From the NCBI GenBank assembly GCA_905178155.1, contig CAJINV010000001.1:1849904-1913903 (forward strand): a stretch of DNA of 64,000 nucleotides, written 5' to 3'. Below the pieces are notes generated by a model. It was not told the DNA's origin, ran no database searches, and saw nothing but the letters and a program-made list of their open reading frames with translations. Shown here piece after piece: positions 8,959 to 22,700 of this stretch. Origin of the DNA: Amoebophrya sp. A120. Its lineage: Eukaryota; Protista; Dinoflagellata. Position 1 is the stretch's first letter, and every line of letters begins with the position of its first letter. The position numbers and the translations under genes were made by a program.

Positions 8959-11747
8959 TCAATCAAGAGTCTTGACAACAGATAAATCTCCTTTCGCATC
9001 GCTTTCAAATTCAAATATTGCCACTTTAGTGTTCGCCGGCGTAGTCCTATTGCGGAAGTGGAAGAACCCTGGGACACGGGCAATCAAGTTGGTTAAAGTA
9101 GTTTTCCTCCACTCCTTAGCGGACAAAGGTCGTGTACTAGTTCCCTTTCGCCGAAGATCTGCTCCGCTTTCGTACCACGAGCGAAAAGAAGCCACAGTAA
9201 AGCAAATCAAGTTTGTTTGTTCATCCTCCCTACTTGTTTTCGTTTTGTCAAGTCCAACGTTCTTCTTTTCTTCTGTCCGATCGCCTCCATCTTCGATCAA
9301 AGCAGCGGTCTTGTTCACCGTCAACTTCGTGCTCATGATCTCCAACTCATTTGAATGCATACTATCCGCAAATAACACGTTGACCGTGGAAGTGTCAACA
9401 CAAATTTCCGTGTCTTCATCGCCCTCCCAGGATGCTGCGTCTTCCCACGAGCATTTGCAGTTTTTATGCTCGTGGTCGTGCGGTGTCGCTCCTGATGTTC
9501 CGTGCAGTCTTTTTCTCGTGCTAGCGTCCACCGGGAACCCAGAATTGATGTTCTGCAGAAGGTAGATGCGATCGAAGTTGTCAATTAGCTGCCACGCCAC
9601 GGCTTTGTTTTCGCTATTCAGCGATGGTGTTCTTGTGCGGTGCTTCTCTAACATGCCCATTCGCGGCGGTGCCCCGCAGGAACTCCCCGCCCTCAAGTCC
9701 AGGACTGGAGTCGCAAAGTTTTTCATTTTTTCGCTTCGGGCTTCCGCATCACTAGCCGTTTCCTGCAGCAGCTGGATTCGCGACAGCGCAGGAGCGGCAT
9801 GAGGGCCTCGCTGTGCCTCTTGATCATCTGCTGAGGCTGGTACATGGTCGTGACCACTGGCACCAGTGCTCTTCCCCTCATCTTCTTCTTCCCCGAAGCC
9901 GAAATGACTTGCAGCGGCTACCACTTCACTTCCGGTGACCAGCACTCTCCGGGCTTTCTTCTGCCACAGCCCGGAACCCCACTCGCGCACGAGCTGCTTG
10001 TGACACGTCGCGCGCATGTTTGCGCTGGAGAATTTTCCCTTCTCCTTTCCCAGCGCCTGCACGTTGGCTAGCGCTACGCCATGCTATGCACCATTGCAAA
10101 AGTATCGCACTCGTTCTCGTATAAATGCCAGTCTTGCATGACAAATCTCGTTTCTTAGGTAACTCAGCGTGATAAATTCCATTTGTTATGTAGTTGAGTA
10201 AATTGGTAATGCGATTTACACTAGTGCGATACTTTTGCAATGCATACGTGCAGCCCATCAACGACCGCGCGTTCCGCCTGGTTCAGTTCTGTTGGCGTTG
10301 AGCCGGTCGGAAGGCGGTTCAGGAACAGAAACCGGATCTTCCGCATTGCCATCAACGCCGCGCGCCACACGTCGTCCACGAAGAGACAGCCGGAGAAGGT
10401 TTTTTCTCTATCCACGAGCCGGTAGAGGTTGTCATCGAAAAAGCCCCGTTGCCAAATGCAGCCGAGGTAATTCGCGCCCACCGGGGCCGTGGCGTAGTAG
10501 GAGGCCGAGGTATCGTCCAGGATGTTCGGCGCGTACTCTTGTTGGACGTACGTCGGGGTCTTCGTGCTTCTCGTCAGCCAATGCAGTCCGGCCGTGCGGT
10601 TCAGCGGCGCGGCGTGGTGAATAAAGGACGTCACCTGGTCTATCTCGCTCGGTGTCATGTTGTACGAAAGTGACTGCGCGGTGGTAGCTTCTGCCTGCTC
10701 GTTCTGTGCCGCTGTGTCGGTGTCGTCATCTTGATCGCTGCGCGATGGCGAGGAAGATGGAGATGCTGATGTTACTGATGTTGATGACATCGGGAGGTGC
10801 GCGTCCACCTCGTCCATTTTTGACGTTCTATCAATTCCGTCGCGGAGGTCGTGTTGTTGTTCTACCTCCCTACTACTATCGAAAACGGATATCCAGCCGT
10901 GGTAGCAGATCGCGCGGCCCGGGTTGGCAATTGCGTTGACCCAGAGGTCCCGGATGAAATTTCTCGGCTGCAGGTGGTCGTCGTTCGCGGTGACGAGGAA
11001 AGTTTTGGGATCCCGCTCCCCTGGCAAAACCGGCCACAGGTTCATTAGCGGCCCCACAAAATCGTGCTCCGGACGGAGAATTTGAAATTTCTCCCGCCCG
11101 AACTCTTCTTGCAGGGCCAGCAGACTGGCGGGCAAATCGTCGTGAACCGGGGCAGCTGGTCGTGCGTGGTCCGCCTCGCTTGGAATTTTAATTTGCTGTG
11201 GTCCACCACCCTCAACACTTCTTCCACTTTGTCTCTTACTTCCACCTCCACCTCTCAACGACATCAGATGGAACCGCTTCGGCACCACCAGATAGACCAC
11301 GTCCGGCACAACGCTCTGCGCGAAAAAACTGCGCAGCACGGGGTGGACGCGGTCAAACCGGGACGGAATGGTTGTAACGCACACGACGATTCGGCTTTCT
11401 GCCCGCAATTGGTGCACCAACGGGTCGGACAGCAAAATGTCGCTCCCGGGGCCGCGCCCGAGCGAGGAGAGAAAACGCTCCTTGCTACTCTCCACATCCG
11501 GAATCCAGGACAGGTAAGGGGGGAGGGCGGGCGGGGTGGAACTGGATGAAGCAGGGGAAGGCAAGGATTTTTCGGCGGGCCTTCGATTTATTTGGAGGAT
11601 CTGCTGCTCTCCAGTACTTGACGCAAGAACATGTAGCACGCCGCATCTTAGACTGTGTGTGCAGTAGTACACCAGAAGGAAAAGGAGCCACTGTGCAACG
11701 CCCAACGAAGTAGACTGGCGGAAGCGACACGGAGCAGGCGGCGCCAT
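8959..11747 (-). CDS. GT-A fold glycosyltransferase-like protein with N-terminal membrane anchor
   Basis: VCVTTIPSRF...SFFAQSVVPDVVYLVVP, LVTANDD, CLFVDDVW motifs; ORFs 10221..11825 and 8959..10062 join in frame (GLHGVALANVQAL) after introner removal. Confidence 0.7.
10085..10246. mobile_element. Introner family A
   Basis: TIR attgcaaaagtatcgcact / agtgcgatacttttgcaatgcata; DR catgc/cgtgc. Confidence 0.88.
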
Positions 11748-12579
11748 GTATTTATTTTTTGCCGTCTGCGTCGATTGCGACTGTGCGTCTTTCGAATGAT
11801 GATAGACGAATCGATCTAGTAACAACAGACACTCGTCCGGGAATTATGAGCGGTCTGTAAATAAGGTCGGTCGATGAATCCAATACCTTTGGAAATAACG
11901 AAGAGATGTAGACCAAGACTTCCGTGAAGAAGAACAAAGCGTGCGACGTCAGCCAAGAGAAAGCCATTGCTTGCATGATGTGCCAACATCTGTCCCACAG
12001 GTAGGAAAACACGGTGTAATTGTATGTAGGTAAGAATTTTTAGAATAAAATGACAAGTTTGCTGGTGCACCACTGCTTCAACATCGTGACGAATATGATC
12101 CACCTACGGACCATATGCTGCCGAGACGTCTTCAGGCGCCGCTTCTTGACTGGTTCGAAGCAGCATGAAAGTGTGCAACGACCTCATGTTGCGAGTACAC
12201 AACGATCGCTCGTCACCGAAGCTGTTGCAGCTTTTTATGATCTTCATAAAGAAACGCTTCGTCACAAAAACAATGAGCCACAATTTGAATTTCAATTTGT
12301 CACGACTATATGAAAAATAATAATGAAGATAGCACTGCTGGTGGCAAAAATGAAATTTCAATTTGGTAAAAAATAACTCTACTGGTGTTATGATGCGATG
12401 TGAATGCGAGAAGAAGATGTACAACTACTACCCGATACGTCATTTTTTCAATGCTTTTGATAAAGAAAAAGATTATAAGATGAAAAGAATACAGAAATCT
12501 TATTGTTCAAGAAAAAAATGTTCACGGCAGTTTCAATTTCAAACTTACAGGTCGGCCTCTCCTCCTTCTTACAAGAGGT

Positions 12580-15500
12580 TACTCATCCCCGCCCGCACCC
12601 GCAGTTGGTTGCTTCGTTGATCCCACTCCACCCGGATGGCCACCCGTCGTCGTGCCCGCGGTCCCGGGCGCAGCTGGCGGCTTTGGTATGCCGTTGAAAA
12701 GGTGTTGGTGTAGCTGCAGCTGCAGCTGCTTCATCATCTGGTAGTTCCTTTTTTATTCGGTTTGTCTTTGTACTAACTTGTTAATCTGGAGCGATGTCGT
12801 TCTTTCTTAAAGTGCCACTTGTATACCAGTCTTGCGAACTGGTGGATCATAGAGCAAGATTTCATGATGCAAGTTGCCAATGATGAAAGGAGTTGCAATT
12901 GAATTGGGCCCTGAATCACGTGTAGCCCCAAGTAAAAAGAAAAAAATCGGAGTTAGTATTCCCTGCAGCTCTAGTTGAAGCTACACCTCCCCTTCGCATT
13001 TTTTCCATAATCGGTGGCACCGGGAGGCCGCCCGTGGCGCCGCCGCCGTCCCACCGGTAGGTGCAGGCTCCGTTGGTTTTGATCACGTAGAACAACCGCT
13101 TCTGGTCCTTCAGCTTGTGAAAGCAGCTCCGCGCCATCGCAGTTTTCTTGGCGCTGGGAGTGCTGCTGTCCGGCGCGCGGTCGTCCCGAAAAACGTCGTC
13201 GTTCCGCCACATCACGTCGTACTTGTTCCCACCGAGCCCGTATGGGAGGGAAAAAAAAGTGATGCTTGATATTTCGACAAGTGCAAGTCACATAGCAATA
13301 GCACTTGTTCGTTCTACTTGTACTTCCCGCTCTACAAATGTTACTTCTACTTTGGACGATGACGATCATAGTAATTCATCAACGTAATTCGGATAGTACA
13401 TGAGCTGCTTGAGATTGAGTTGCGCAACTGTGCCTCGTCTTACAGCAAGGACTACTTCTTGCACAGAAATACACTACTAGGCAGTCCGGATCATTTGTGG
13501 CGCATGTACAGAACTTGAACTTCATACTTCCTATTTTTTTATTAGTTGAAACAAATAAACAGTAAAGCTATCACTCCTTTTCCTTTCCGTACAGCGTCCC
13601 ACCCTGCGCCCGGCTTCAGGTTCGCGTCGGATTTTTCGCAGAATCGGGTGGTGTCGTCCATTATGCATTGCAAAAGCATCGCACTAGTATAAATTGCATC
13701 ACAGATTTATTTGGCAAGAAGAAAAGTGGAATCTCTAATGCTGTTTTTACCTTAGGAAGGAGATTTGTCATGTATATTTGCAATTAGTACGAGTACGATA
13801 CTTTTGCACAGCATATCCATTTTCGTCGCGGTGGTAAACCACTTTTCGTCGTACCACCGGATCATGTGTGCATTGCAAATATGTCTGGGTCTGGAGTAGA
13901 AGAGCCACGTTTGTCATGCATATTTTCCATGACCCATGATGTCTATGATGCATGCCCTCGCATCACAGATTCTGCGAGGGTTTTCTGATGCTCATATCGC
14001 ATGAGAAATGCCCTCTCCGCGTAGCAAACACTGGACCCCTTTATTTGCTGTTCATGCAATACAGATTTCATGTAGGATCCAAAGGGAGCATCACAAGTTG
14101 CCTCCTTCCAGACCCAGATCGATATTTGCATGGCATATCATGGCCACGTCGCCGCGCTCTCCGTGGATGTCGAGGCAGCCCTGGCCCGGGTCGTGCTGCA
14201 GGATGCGAAACAGCCCCACCGGGCCCGTCATGGAAAAGATGCCGTCGCCCTTGTCGTGGCGCTGTCCTGTGCAAAAGTATCGTAGTCGTATAATTGCAAT
14301 CATGTATTACAAATTTTCTTAGAGGTAAATCAGCATTACAAATTCTATTTCTCATGCTGAGGAAATAACTTGTAATGCATTTATACGAGTACGAGACTTT
14401 ATTTGCAATGCATAGGCGCTCCACGTCGGTGATGATGCGGTAAATGGCGTCGCCCAGGAAGGGGTTCCCCGGTTTCGCGGCCAGCACGGCGTTCATGATG
14501 CCATCCTGCATCCAGGCCCCGGTGTTGGACTGGCAGGCCCCGATGAAGCCGAGGTTTAAGGGCGTGATCTTCTTCTTGGTGTTCTTGTATTTCTCCGCCT
14601 GGTAGTCCGCGATCTGCTGCTCCACCTTTTCCAGCTTCTGCCCCTTCTTGTTGTACTCGATCTTCAAGTCCACGTACCACCCGCCCACCTTGTATAGCAC
14701 CAGCAGGCGAAACAGGTCCCCCTTGTAGGCGTTCGGCTTGATGGCCTTGAAGGCGGTGTAGACCCGCGGCAAGTAGTGCTCGTTGATGAACTCCTCGGCC
14801 TGCTCCATGTTGTAAAAAACGGCTTTGTAGTCCGGGTTTATGTCGGGCCAGCTGCGAAATGCGCGCTTCATGGGCTCGGCCATCTGGGCGTACACTCCGT
14901 CCTCGGTCACGTTTCGCCCTTTGCTGGTTCCGGACAGAAACATGCGGTGCAGGATCCGCGGAATGGTTTCCTTCCCCTCCTCGTCGTACGGCGTCTCCAG
15001 CGGTTTCAGGAGAAACCCCTTGTAGTAGTAATCAAAGTAGCCCTATCAAATGTAAAAGTGTCTGGGTCTGGAAGATTGCCAGGTTTGTCATGCACATTTT
15101 GCATGACTCCTGATGTCTGTGATGCATGCCCTAGCATCACAGATTTTGTGAGGGCTTCCTGATGCCTATACCGCATGACAAATGCTCTTTCCGTGTGCCA
15201 AAACTTTGACTCTCTTTGCTGCTCATGCAATACAGATTTTTTTAGAATCCAAAATCAGCATGACAAGTTGCATTCTTCCAGACCCAGACATTTTTACATT
15301 TGATAAGCCCATCATGTTGTCCGTCAGGTCCGCGCCCGCCATGCCCGTCTGGTGTGGATCCCAGTTGGTGGACGTCTTGTCGTCTTCGATGGGCGTGATT
15401 TCGCTCTGGTCGCCGCAACAGACCGACTTCTGCTGCAATTGGACCTTGCTCAGTTCCAAGAAGCCCGGCGCCTTGATCGGAGATGGAGCGGTGCCTGGTT

Positions 15501-16233
15501 CAAGAATGGGAGCTTCTTCTTGTTTGGCCTCGACTGCCTGATCCTGCGGAAGGACAAGAGCGCCACTTGTCGACGTGGTGGTCTCAACCGCTTTCTTCAC
15601 TTCTTGCGCTTCTTCAACAGCGACTTGATATCCCTCGACGTCGACCATTTGATGTTGCCGCAGCTTTTTCCTCCGCTTGATGGTGTCTTCCTTCAGCATC
15701 TCGGCAATCACCTGCGTGTAGGAAGACACCACGGGCGGAATCTTCTCCAACTCCAGGGCGGACAGCGGTTCGTCGGGAATGTCGTCGTGGTCGTTTCCAA
15801 GCAGCGCCAGAGTGCTTGATGTTGCAGTGCCAAAATCTTGTTCACTGGCACTACTAGTAACAAGAGGCGCGTCCGCTGGATCTTCGTAAAAGTCCATCGA
15901 GTTATCCTCGTTCTCGGAATCCCCACGCTGGGTGACCAAGTGGTCAAAGGAAAAGTCGTGCTTTTCTTCTTGTTGTTCATGAGCATGCGCTTTTATCATG
16001 TTGTTCCCGGAGGATCTGCCGCTGGCCGCATCACCACGACCAGTTGTATCGTCCCCGCGGAGGGGCTGGAGCGTGCGCATGTTGAGGCCCATGGCCCTTT
16101 CCAGGAGAACATTTCCGACGGAGACAAGGACACAAAACGCACCGCTTTTCTTGAGCGGCAGGTCGCCGTGACGGTGGTGCTGCTGCGCAGCTGGTGGCTG
16201 GTTCATGCCTTTGTTCCCCGGGAGGATTCGCAT
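12580..16233 (-). CDS. Glycosyltransferase family 32 (DXD, Och1/Sur1-like) with long N-terminal stem; 3' end approximate
   Basis: After removing five introners: IPRILHRMF, NPDY, AYKGDLFRLLVLYKVGGWYVDL, NAVLAAKPGNPFL, SMTGP, GGNKYDVMW. Confidence 0.88.
13241..13591. mobile_element. Old/diverged introner
   Basis: TIR tatgggagggaaaaaaaagtgatgctt vs rc tacggaaaggaaaaggagtgatagctt; DR decayed; removal plus 5 nt gives in-frame GWD..GGNKYDVMW. Confidence 0.65.
13662..13815. mobile_element. Introner family A
   Basis: Perfect DR tccat; removal gives TATKMD-DTTRFC. Confidence 0.9.
13867..14137. mobile_element. Introner family B
   Basis: Perfect DR tcatg; tctgggtctgga TIR core; removal gives DVAM-IRWYDEKW. 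Confidence 0.9.
14263..14414. mobile_element. Introner family A (opposite orientation to 500-659)
   Basis: Perfect DR ggcgc; removal gives DVER-HDKGDGIFSMTGP. Confidence 0.92.
15044..15305. mobile_element. Introner family B
   Basis: ~30-bp near-perfect TIR tatcaaatgtaaaa(g/a)tgtctgggtctggaag; DR agccc; removal gives MMG-YFDYYYKG...IPRILH. Confidence 0.93.
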
Positions 16234-19200
16234 CGTCTCCGTTCGTTATTCAATTGTTTTTGTCACGCCGGAGTCGGAGCAAAATGGATCAATGAAAGGA
16301 CATCAGGAACTCAGAAATAAGCAAGAAATGCAAATGGTAGTGCAGGAGACGAAGACGAAACACAAAATAAAGGAAAAGTGTGCGTTGAGGTACTGTAGGT
16401 AAAAAACTCGCTCGTGAAGATGGGTTGGAGTTCCTGTGCGGTTGACAAGTTGAAGCGAATTCGAAGCAATGCTTGCATGCTCGACGTTATGGTTATGCGG
16501 TCTAGATCTAGTCGTGCGCCGAAAGTCTTTCAACTACGTCAAGCACCATATTAAAACAGTATGTATCTGAATACCACGACGACCGACGACGATTCTGAAG
16601 GGTGACATGCAATGTAAATGTGCGTGGGAAAGAACCGACTTGTTGCAAGACTGCTTTTACCGACTTGAGGTTGACTTGTAAATGAATTAACGAGCTGGAT
16701 TAACGTGGAAAACCGAGGCCAAGGTATGAAGAAGAGGAGTGGTGCCATTGACGACTCATCCACCGACACGTTTCAATTTGCAGCGACTGCGTTGATACCA
16801 AATATAGCTGCCGGGGCGGAGGTAGTGAGGTCGTGGGCGTTTTCTTGCCGGCCGTCGCTTTGGCCGCGGCTGTGCTCTTCCTGGGTTCGCCATACCGTCG
16901 TGAGTAACGTTAGGCCGCACGGTATGGCGACCGCTTTATAAACGTCGCAAATTTTTGCAAATTCCCGACATTCCTTTCCGAAAGCCAGCCCTCATGCTAT
17001 GGGGCCGATCCGGGTTCCACGGGGGGCGCCCAAAAAGCGAAGGGAAACCGGGCCCGTAGCATGCGGGTTGGCTTTGCGCGTCTGGCGCGCTTTTGCTTTT
17101 ATTTTTCGCGCCGGCGCTTTTTGCAAAGCTTCTCAGGCTCTGAAACCGGCGAAAATTCTGCCGCTTTCGCTGCCGCCCAAAATGCTCCGAAATCGCGGCC
17201 GTGCCGCGCTGTTTCGCTGTTCTGATTTTGGGCGCGTTTTTTTCGCGCCCCTTTTTGGGCGCCCCAAACCGCCAGAAACTAAGGCGGTGGGCGCCTCAGA
17301 ATGGCGCTCCTTTTGCTGGCTCCTCTGCGTCGTTTTACCCAGCGGCGATCGATGGAATCCGCTGGCGATTCGGTGCCAGGTCAGCCAGGGCCGCTTGATA
17401 AATGAAAATCTTTTTTGTCAAAAAACACTTCCGCCCGCTTGAAAACTGCCGGTCATTTTGCGCGATGCATGTCAAGAAAACTCCCCGGTTAGAACCGTTC
17501 GGTGACCTCACTACATATTAACGAGCGAAATCGAGAACGGGTAAGCAGATATAGATAATTACAAACCGAGCTCTTTTTTTCTCGTTGAATAGACCGAAAA
17601 ATTACGTTCCACATCGATTTTTCTGAAGCTGCATGCTGAAGAGCAAAACGGGAAGAGAGCCAGATGACTCGATGAGGAGCTCAAGCCGCATTTATCTCGA
17701 CGTTCGTGATAGATCATAGTACAACCACGGCTGTTGATAGTTGTTGACACGCCACATTACATTGCCGAGCTCGAACATCCATGCCTTCTACTTACAGATC
17801 GGCATGAGCAGCCCACTTCGATGTGAAGTAGAGGTTCACATTTTCAACGTTGTTTTTGAGAGTTCAACTCAGATCGCCATCATGTGGGTCAGCAAAAATG
17901 AAATCCACACAGCGAATACAAAAATTAGAACGGTTTTTCAACATCATGGAAACGTTGATATTGCATTCCGATGTTGTAAAAAGAGACTTTTAGTGTGGTC
18001 GTTCCAAGTACATACGTCATCGTCTACTGTTGTTTCATGTTTGTAAAGATCATGCCAACAGATACTGAGGTGCCCCGGAAGCGGAATGCTTACGGCTCAA
18101 CATGGATACTTTGTCAAGGGCGCCGACACTAGCACTACAGAAATGATTCACGACAACTTGAACATGATGTTCGACTTATTCGATAACCAACGCAATACCT
18201 GAGGTAGATTCTCCTTCTTGTGCAAAGACAGTCCTTGTAAAAAAATGTTGGAAATTCTTGGTGCAGAATGAATAGAAATGCAAGTAGACTAAAAATATGA
18301 AAAGCGTCATTTTAGTACAAGTCAGAGCAAAAGACGAACTCAGAAAAAAGCAAAAGCTCACCGCTGCATTGGACAACTGCCCACAGCAATTGTAGCTCGT
18401 AAACATCTGCATTATGATAGATCATGAGATAAAAATAAAAAATAGAAACGAATGGTACCCGTCAAGTCTCAAAGATAATGGAAAACACGTAGAACATGAA
18501 CACCTGGAGCAACAATACATACAGTTCTCTTGAAGATGCAGTGCTGGAAGATCATATTTACATGGTATGACTTAGGTATCTATGGACTCCTTCTTGTCGG
18601 CGTTCATCAAGCCCCATTGAAGAGATAAATAAAGCTCATTTGTTTTTTAATGCTTCAAATCTGATCCCCCTCCCCCATGAACAATGTCAAGATCTTCTCA
18701 TCTTCCACCCATTGCACATCCAGTGGACCACGCAGATACAAGGCGGCGACCCCCCTTGCGCTTGTATGTTTCAGCATCTCAATCTCTGTATCAACCGAAG
18801 AGGTTCCTTACTACCTCTGCTTTATCGACGTCATCCGCAGTGCCGCTCGCCGGCATGACGCGTTGAGGTTGGGGCTGTTGAATTTGCGCGGTGCGGATGG
18901 GTTCTTCGGGTTGACCCATCTTGCCTTCGCGCTTGTTCTTGCGAGGCTCCGTGTGAGGAGCCATCACGGCTTTGCGCGGCTGACTAGATTTTCCTCTACT
19001 GCTCCTCCGAATCTTCTCAGACTTTGCTCGACGACGTTCATTCGAGGGATCCGCTTTCGCTCGGGAGTGCGAGCGGCCGCGGCCAGTCCGAGGGGCACTG
19101 CGGCCTCTGCGTCTTACTGAAGATCGTTGATCAAGTGGCTGATGGGGGGAGGCCGATCGAGGACCAGGCAGCAAATTCTTCGTTTCTACCGATGCGTGTT

Positions 19201-19703
19201 GACCCATCAAGTATTCTCCTGACCCAAGCCGCAGGGGGGTTGACGGAGCAGCGCCGTCAGGACGTTGCGCTCCTGGCGATGGCGTAAATAAAGGCCCGGA
19301 CCTGGCGGCGGCGCGCTGTCCGGAAAGAGGCGAGGACCCCGACGCGAGCGACACTGGCGATGCGCCAAAAAAAGCTGGCGACCCTCCTGCGCCACCTTGG
19401 GGTGACGGGGTAAACCCGGCCACGATTATCAAACCAAAACAACTTCTGGGGGGCCCCATCTATGGCTTTGGCTCTGCTCTTCGAGCAAGTTCTTCGTTTT
19501 CATACATAGATAGAAAACTACCAAGTAGTCTTCAATGCATGTTGTAAAACGATTACCCTGAAGATGTTCACATCAAACAAACACAAACACAGGGACAGCT
19601 GCAAAGCAAAACTGACCCAAAAATTGCTCATTTTCATCATGAGCTATTTCTTGTTCCAGCCCTTTTATGCGGGATAGGCGCAGCAGCAGATACAAGCAAA
19701 CAT

Positions 19704-22700
19704 CTACTGAAATAAGCCTTGTTTGCGCTTCCTGTTTAGAAGGAACCTCTTATGTTGTGGCTCTGGTTTGATAGTCATGATCCCATTGACCATAGAAAAT
19801 CGCTGTTGTCCGTCTGCGGGCGACATCTGTGATGGACTTCCTGCTGCAGCGGCGAACACATCGAACAAGCCTTTTTTCACATCGTGTGCCTGTCGATCTA
19901 ATTGTGCTTGTTGGTCTTTTAGGGCCTGAACTTTCAAGTCATGCTTGGCGTATGCTTTTTGAAATTTCTACCATCACGCTTCCTTCTTGTGCTCCAGCCA
20001 ATTCCCGACCTCCAAGATGATTCAGATTTGGAATTTGATGCAGACCTATTTGGAAACAGCAGCAGCACCAACATTAAGTATAATTTTATCTGTGCTAAGT
20101 TCGCCCCCGCTTTGGCCTAGGCCTCTTTTATATGGAAGGAAATTTCCATCGAGGTGTGATGCAGATCACATCACATTCATACACAGCCTACAAATTTCAT
20201 CTTGGCTGCAGTCGAAGCCACTGTAAGTACTCGACAGCTGAAGATGGTACATTTTTCACGAAGGATACGAATTTTTCCGAATCCGACAGACCACCAACCC
20301 GCTCGTGACCATAGGCTGCCTTTGCCGACTTGGGGACCTGGTTTTTGCGAACAGGTGAGACGCTCGCGATTCCGTCGCGGGGCGAAAATCCCCGCGCCTC
20401 CGATTGCAGGACATTCACTGGCTTATTCGTGAAGTGGTGCGCGTTTACATGGCAGTCCGGGACGCCCGGAACGTTAAATCCCATCAGCCGACGGTTGCCT
20501 TCCGCGGTATCGGTGCCCATCGAAATCAACAGGGAGTTCCGCCGCGCAAAAAAGTAGGTCATGGGGTTGTCAGGGAGCTGCGCTAACGCCTCGTTGATGT
20601 GCTCGTCTAGCTCACGCGGCTCGTAGTCCTCACCGTGCTCCTTGAATACATGCGCTGTCAACAACTCCACCTGCTTCATTTGCAGCCAGCGAATACGGCT
20701 CAGGTTCCAAGGTTTACTGCTGTCATCGTCTGGGCTCAGAGGCTGTGCCGGTCGCAGCCCTTCTGCAAGAAGAGCGTCGCGCGCGTCAGTGACCGTTGTT
20801 TGCGTCTCTTGTAAATCAATAGCAGTGCCCGCCGCCGCCGCAGAGTTCACGGGTGAGGTGGGAGAATATTCGCCCATAATGAACTGCGGTTGTGTAGGTG
20901 CCCCCGGCGCCGGCGGGGAGATGGGCGACATACCCATGGCACCGAAAGCAGGCGACATCGGCGTAACTGCGGGCGCGGCCGGGGGACTTTTTCCAGGCAC
21001 AACCGCTCCAATCGGCGACAGTGGATCATCACCAAACTCCGGGAAAAAATCAATGTTTGCCGTGTCTGTCACCATCACGGCCGCAGCCACAGAGTTGCTG
21101 CTCGCCGCAGACACCGCCGAGAGCGCGGATTCATTTGGGTCAGTCATCACTCCAGACGGTTGCTCGCCGAAGGAGAAAGCTTCGTCCAGATTGGCAATGG
21201 TGGGGGGAAACAGCACGGACGCAGCAAGGCGGTTGACGGGCTCCTCCTTCAACACGGTCTGGACGTGCTCCGTGTTCAGGTTGCGGCCCTGGTAGTAGGA
21301 AAGCAGCGAGCCCTTCTTGCAGGTGACCACCATCTCCAACTCCACCTGGCGCTTGGGATCGGGGTCCGTCACGCCGTGAAGGCGGGGGTAGCAGCCGGGG
21401 AGCGGAGAGTCGTTGGGATCCATCAGGTCCGGGTCCATGCGGTTGGGGTCGCAGGGGTGCAACAGATCTGCCCAGTTCAGCACCGACGCCAACACATGCC
21501 AGGGTGTGTTGTCCCAGTCATTTCCAATAGTGTCCTGGTACTGTTCGGCAAAGTTGTACAGGAACCTCACGGGCATCACCAACAGCTTTTGCCAAAACTT
21601 CCAGTGCGACCCGTGCAGGTGCAGGTCCCGCCACGTTTGTGCAAGCTTTGCCATCCGGGTGTCCCCGTTGTCAACGTCCGCGATGCTCAAGTCAGCAATT
21701 TTCTGACGCGCATTCTCGCAAAGCATTTCACTCCTTTTGTTAGCCGTGAAATCAGCTGGCGTTTTCGTTTGGTGCAATGTCTGGGCACAAGCTTTCGTGG
21801 CTCTGCTGAGGTTGTTGACGTCGGGGTCAAGTTCCATCTGCCGTTCATTTACGGCGTCTGCTCGCGGTTTACACCAAGCGACTCTGAGCTTTTGGTACAG
21901 CCCCAGCTTCTCCCTTCTCGGATCGTCGGCCGGAATCTCCGGGTTTGGTAAGGTCCATTCGAAGAAAAGCTTGAGATACGAGCCCTCCTGAGTTCCGTCG
22001 TCGTCGCAAAAGTACCGCGCACTGGAGACCATCAGCTCGAAGAAACCACTGATCTGCACCATCCACTCGGAGACGTAATACACCGTCACGGCCGTTTCTG
22101 AGTAGAAGTCTTCGGTGTACCGGACCTGAGTGGAGTAGTTGTCGCCCTCGGCCGTCCAGGCGTCTCCCTTGGCGCCGAAGAGAAGCTCGCACCTTGACCG
22201 AACGAAGAATGCGTAGTCCCGGTAGTTCCAGTACCGGTACTGCAGCTGCGTCGCTTGTACCTGCACCATCGTCTGTCCACTAGGATCGTCGGGATTTGGA
22301 ACCTCTATCATCAGTGGCAGTGTATGGGAATGTCAGGATCGTAATCGACATCAAAGCCGAAAAGTTTGCATTAATGCGTAAAATGTAGAGCACTAGCGGC
22401 CTGTGCTGGGAACAAAGCAGATGAGACCGATTGCAAGCCTCTTTAGGGGAAGGCGGTGTGCTGCCAGAGTAGCATGAAAGGAACAGTCTTCTTTGCTCAA
22501 ACAGCGCGACAGGCTGGACGTTGATGCTCCCGAAATTTGTCACGCGCCACTTGGAAACTGAGGCTCCAACTGGTATCGATTTCATGCATGACAAATCATT
22601 TGGATTTTGTTGATTTCGATCCTGACGCTTTCATACTGTCCGTCAAGGCCGTAGAGCTTCTTCTCCACCATGATTTGTTCGTCCTCTTCCTCTATCCAGT

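Noticed and set aside
19169-19500. Possible long-DR insertion bounded by aaacgaagaa(c/t)ttgct
   Set aside because: Only ~16 bp with a mismatch, no TIR, and I could not show frame restoration
20642-21951. Long plus-strand ORFs (also 31131..32279 and 62422..63648)
   Set aside because: Antisense shadows of GC-rich minus-strand coding regions; no motifs
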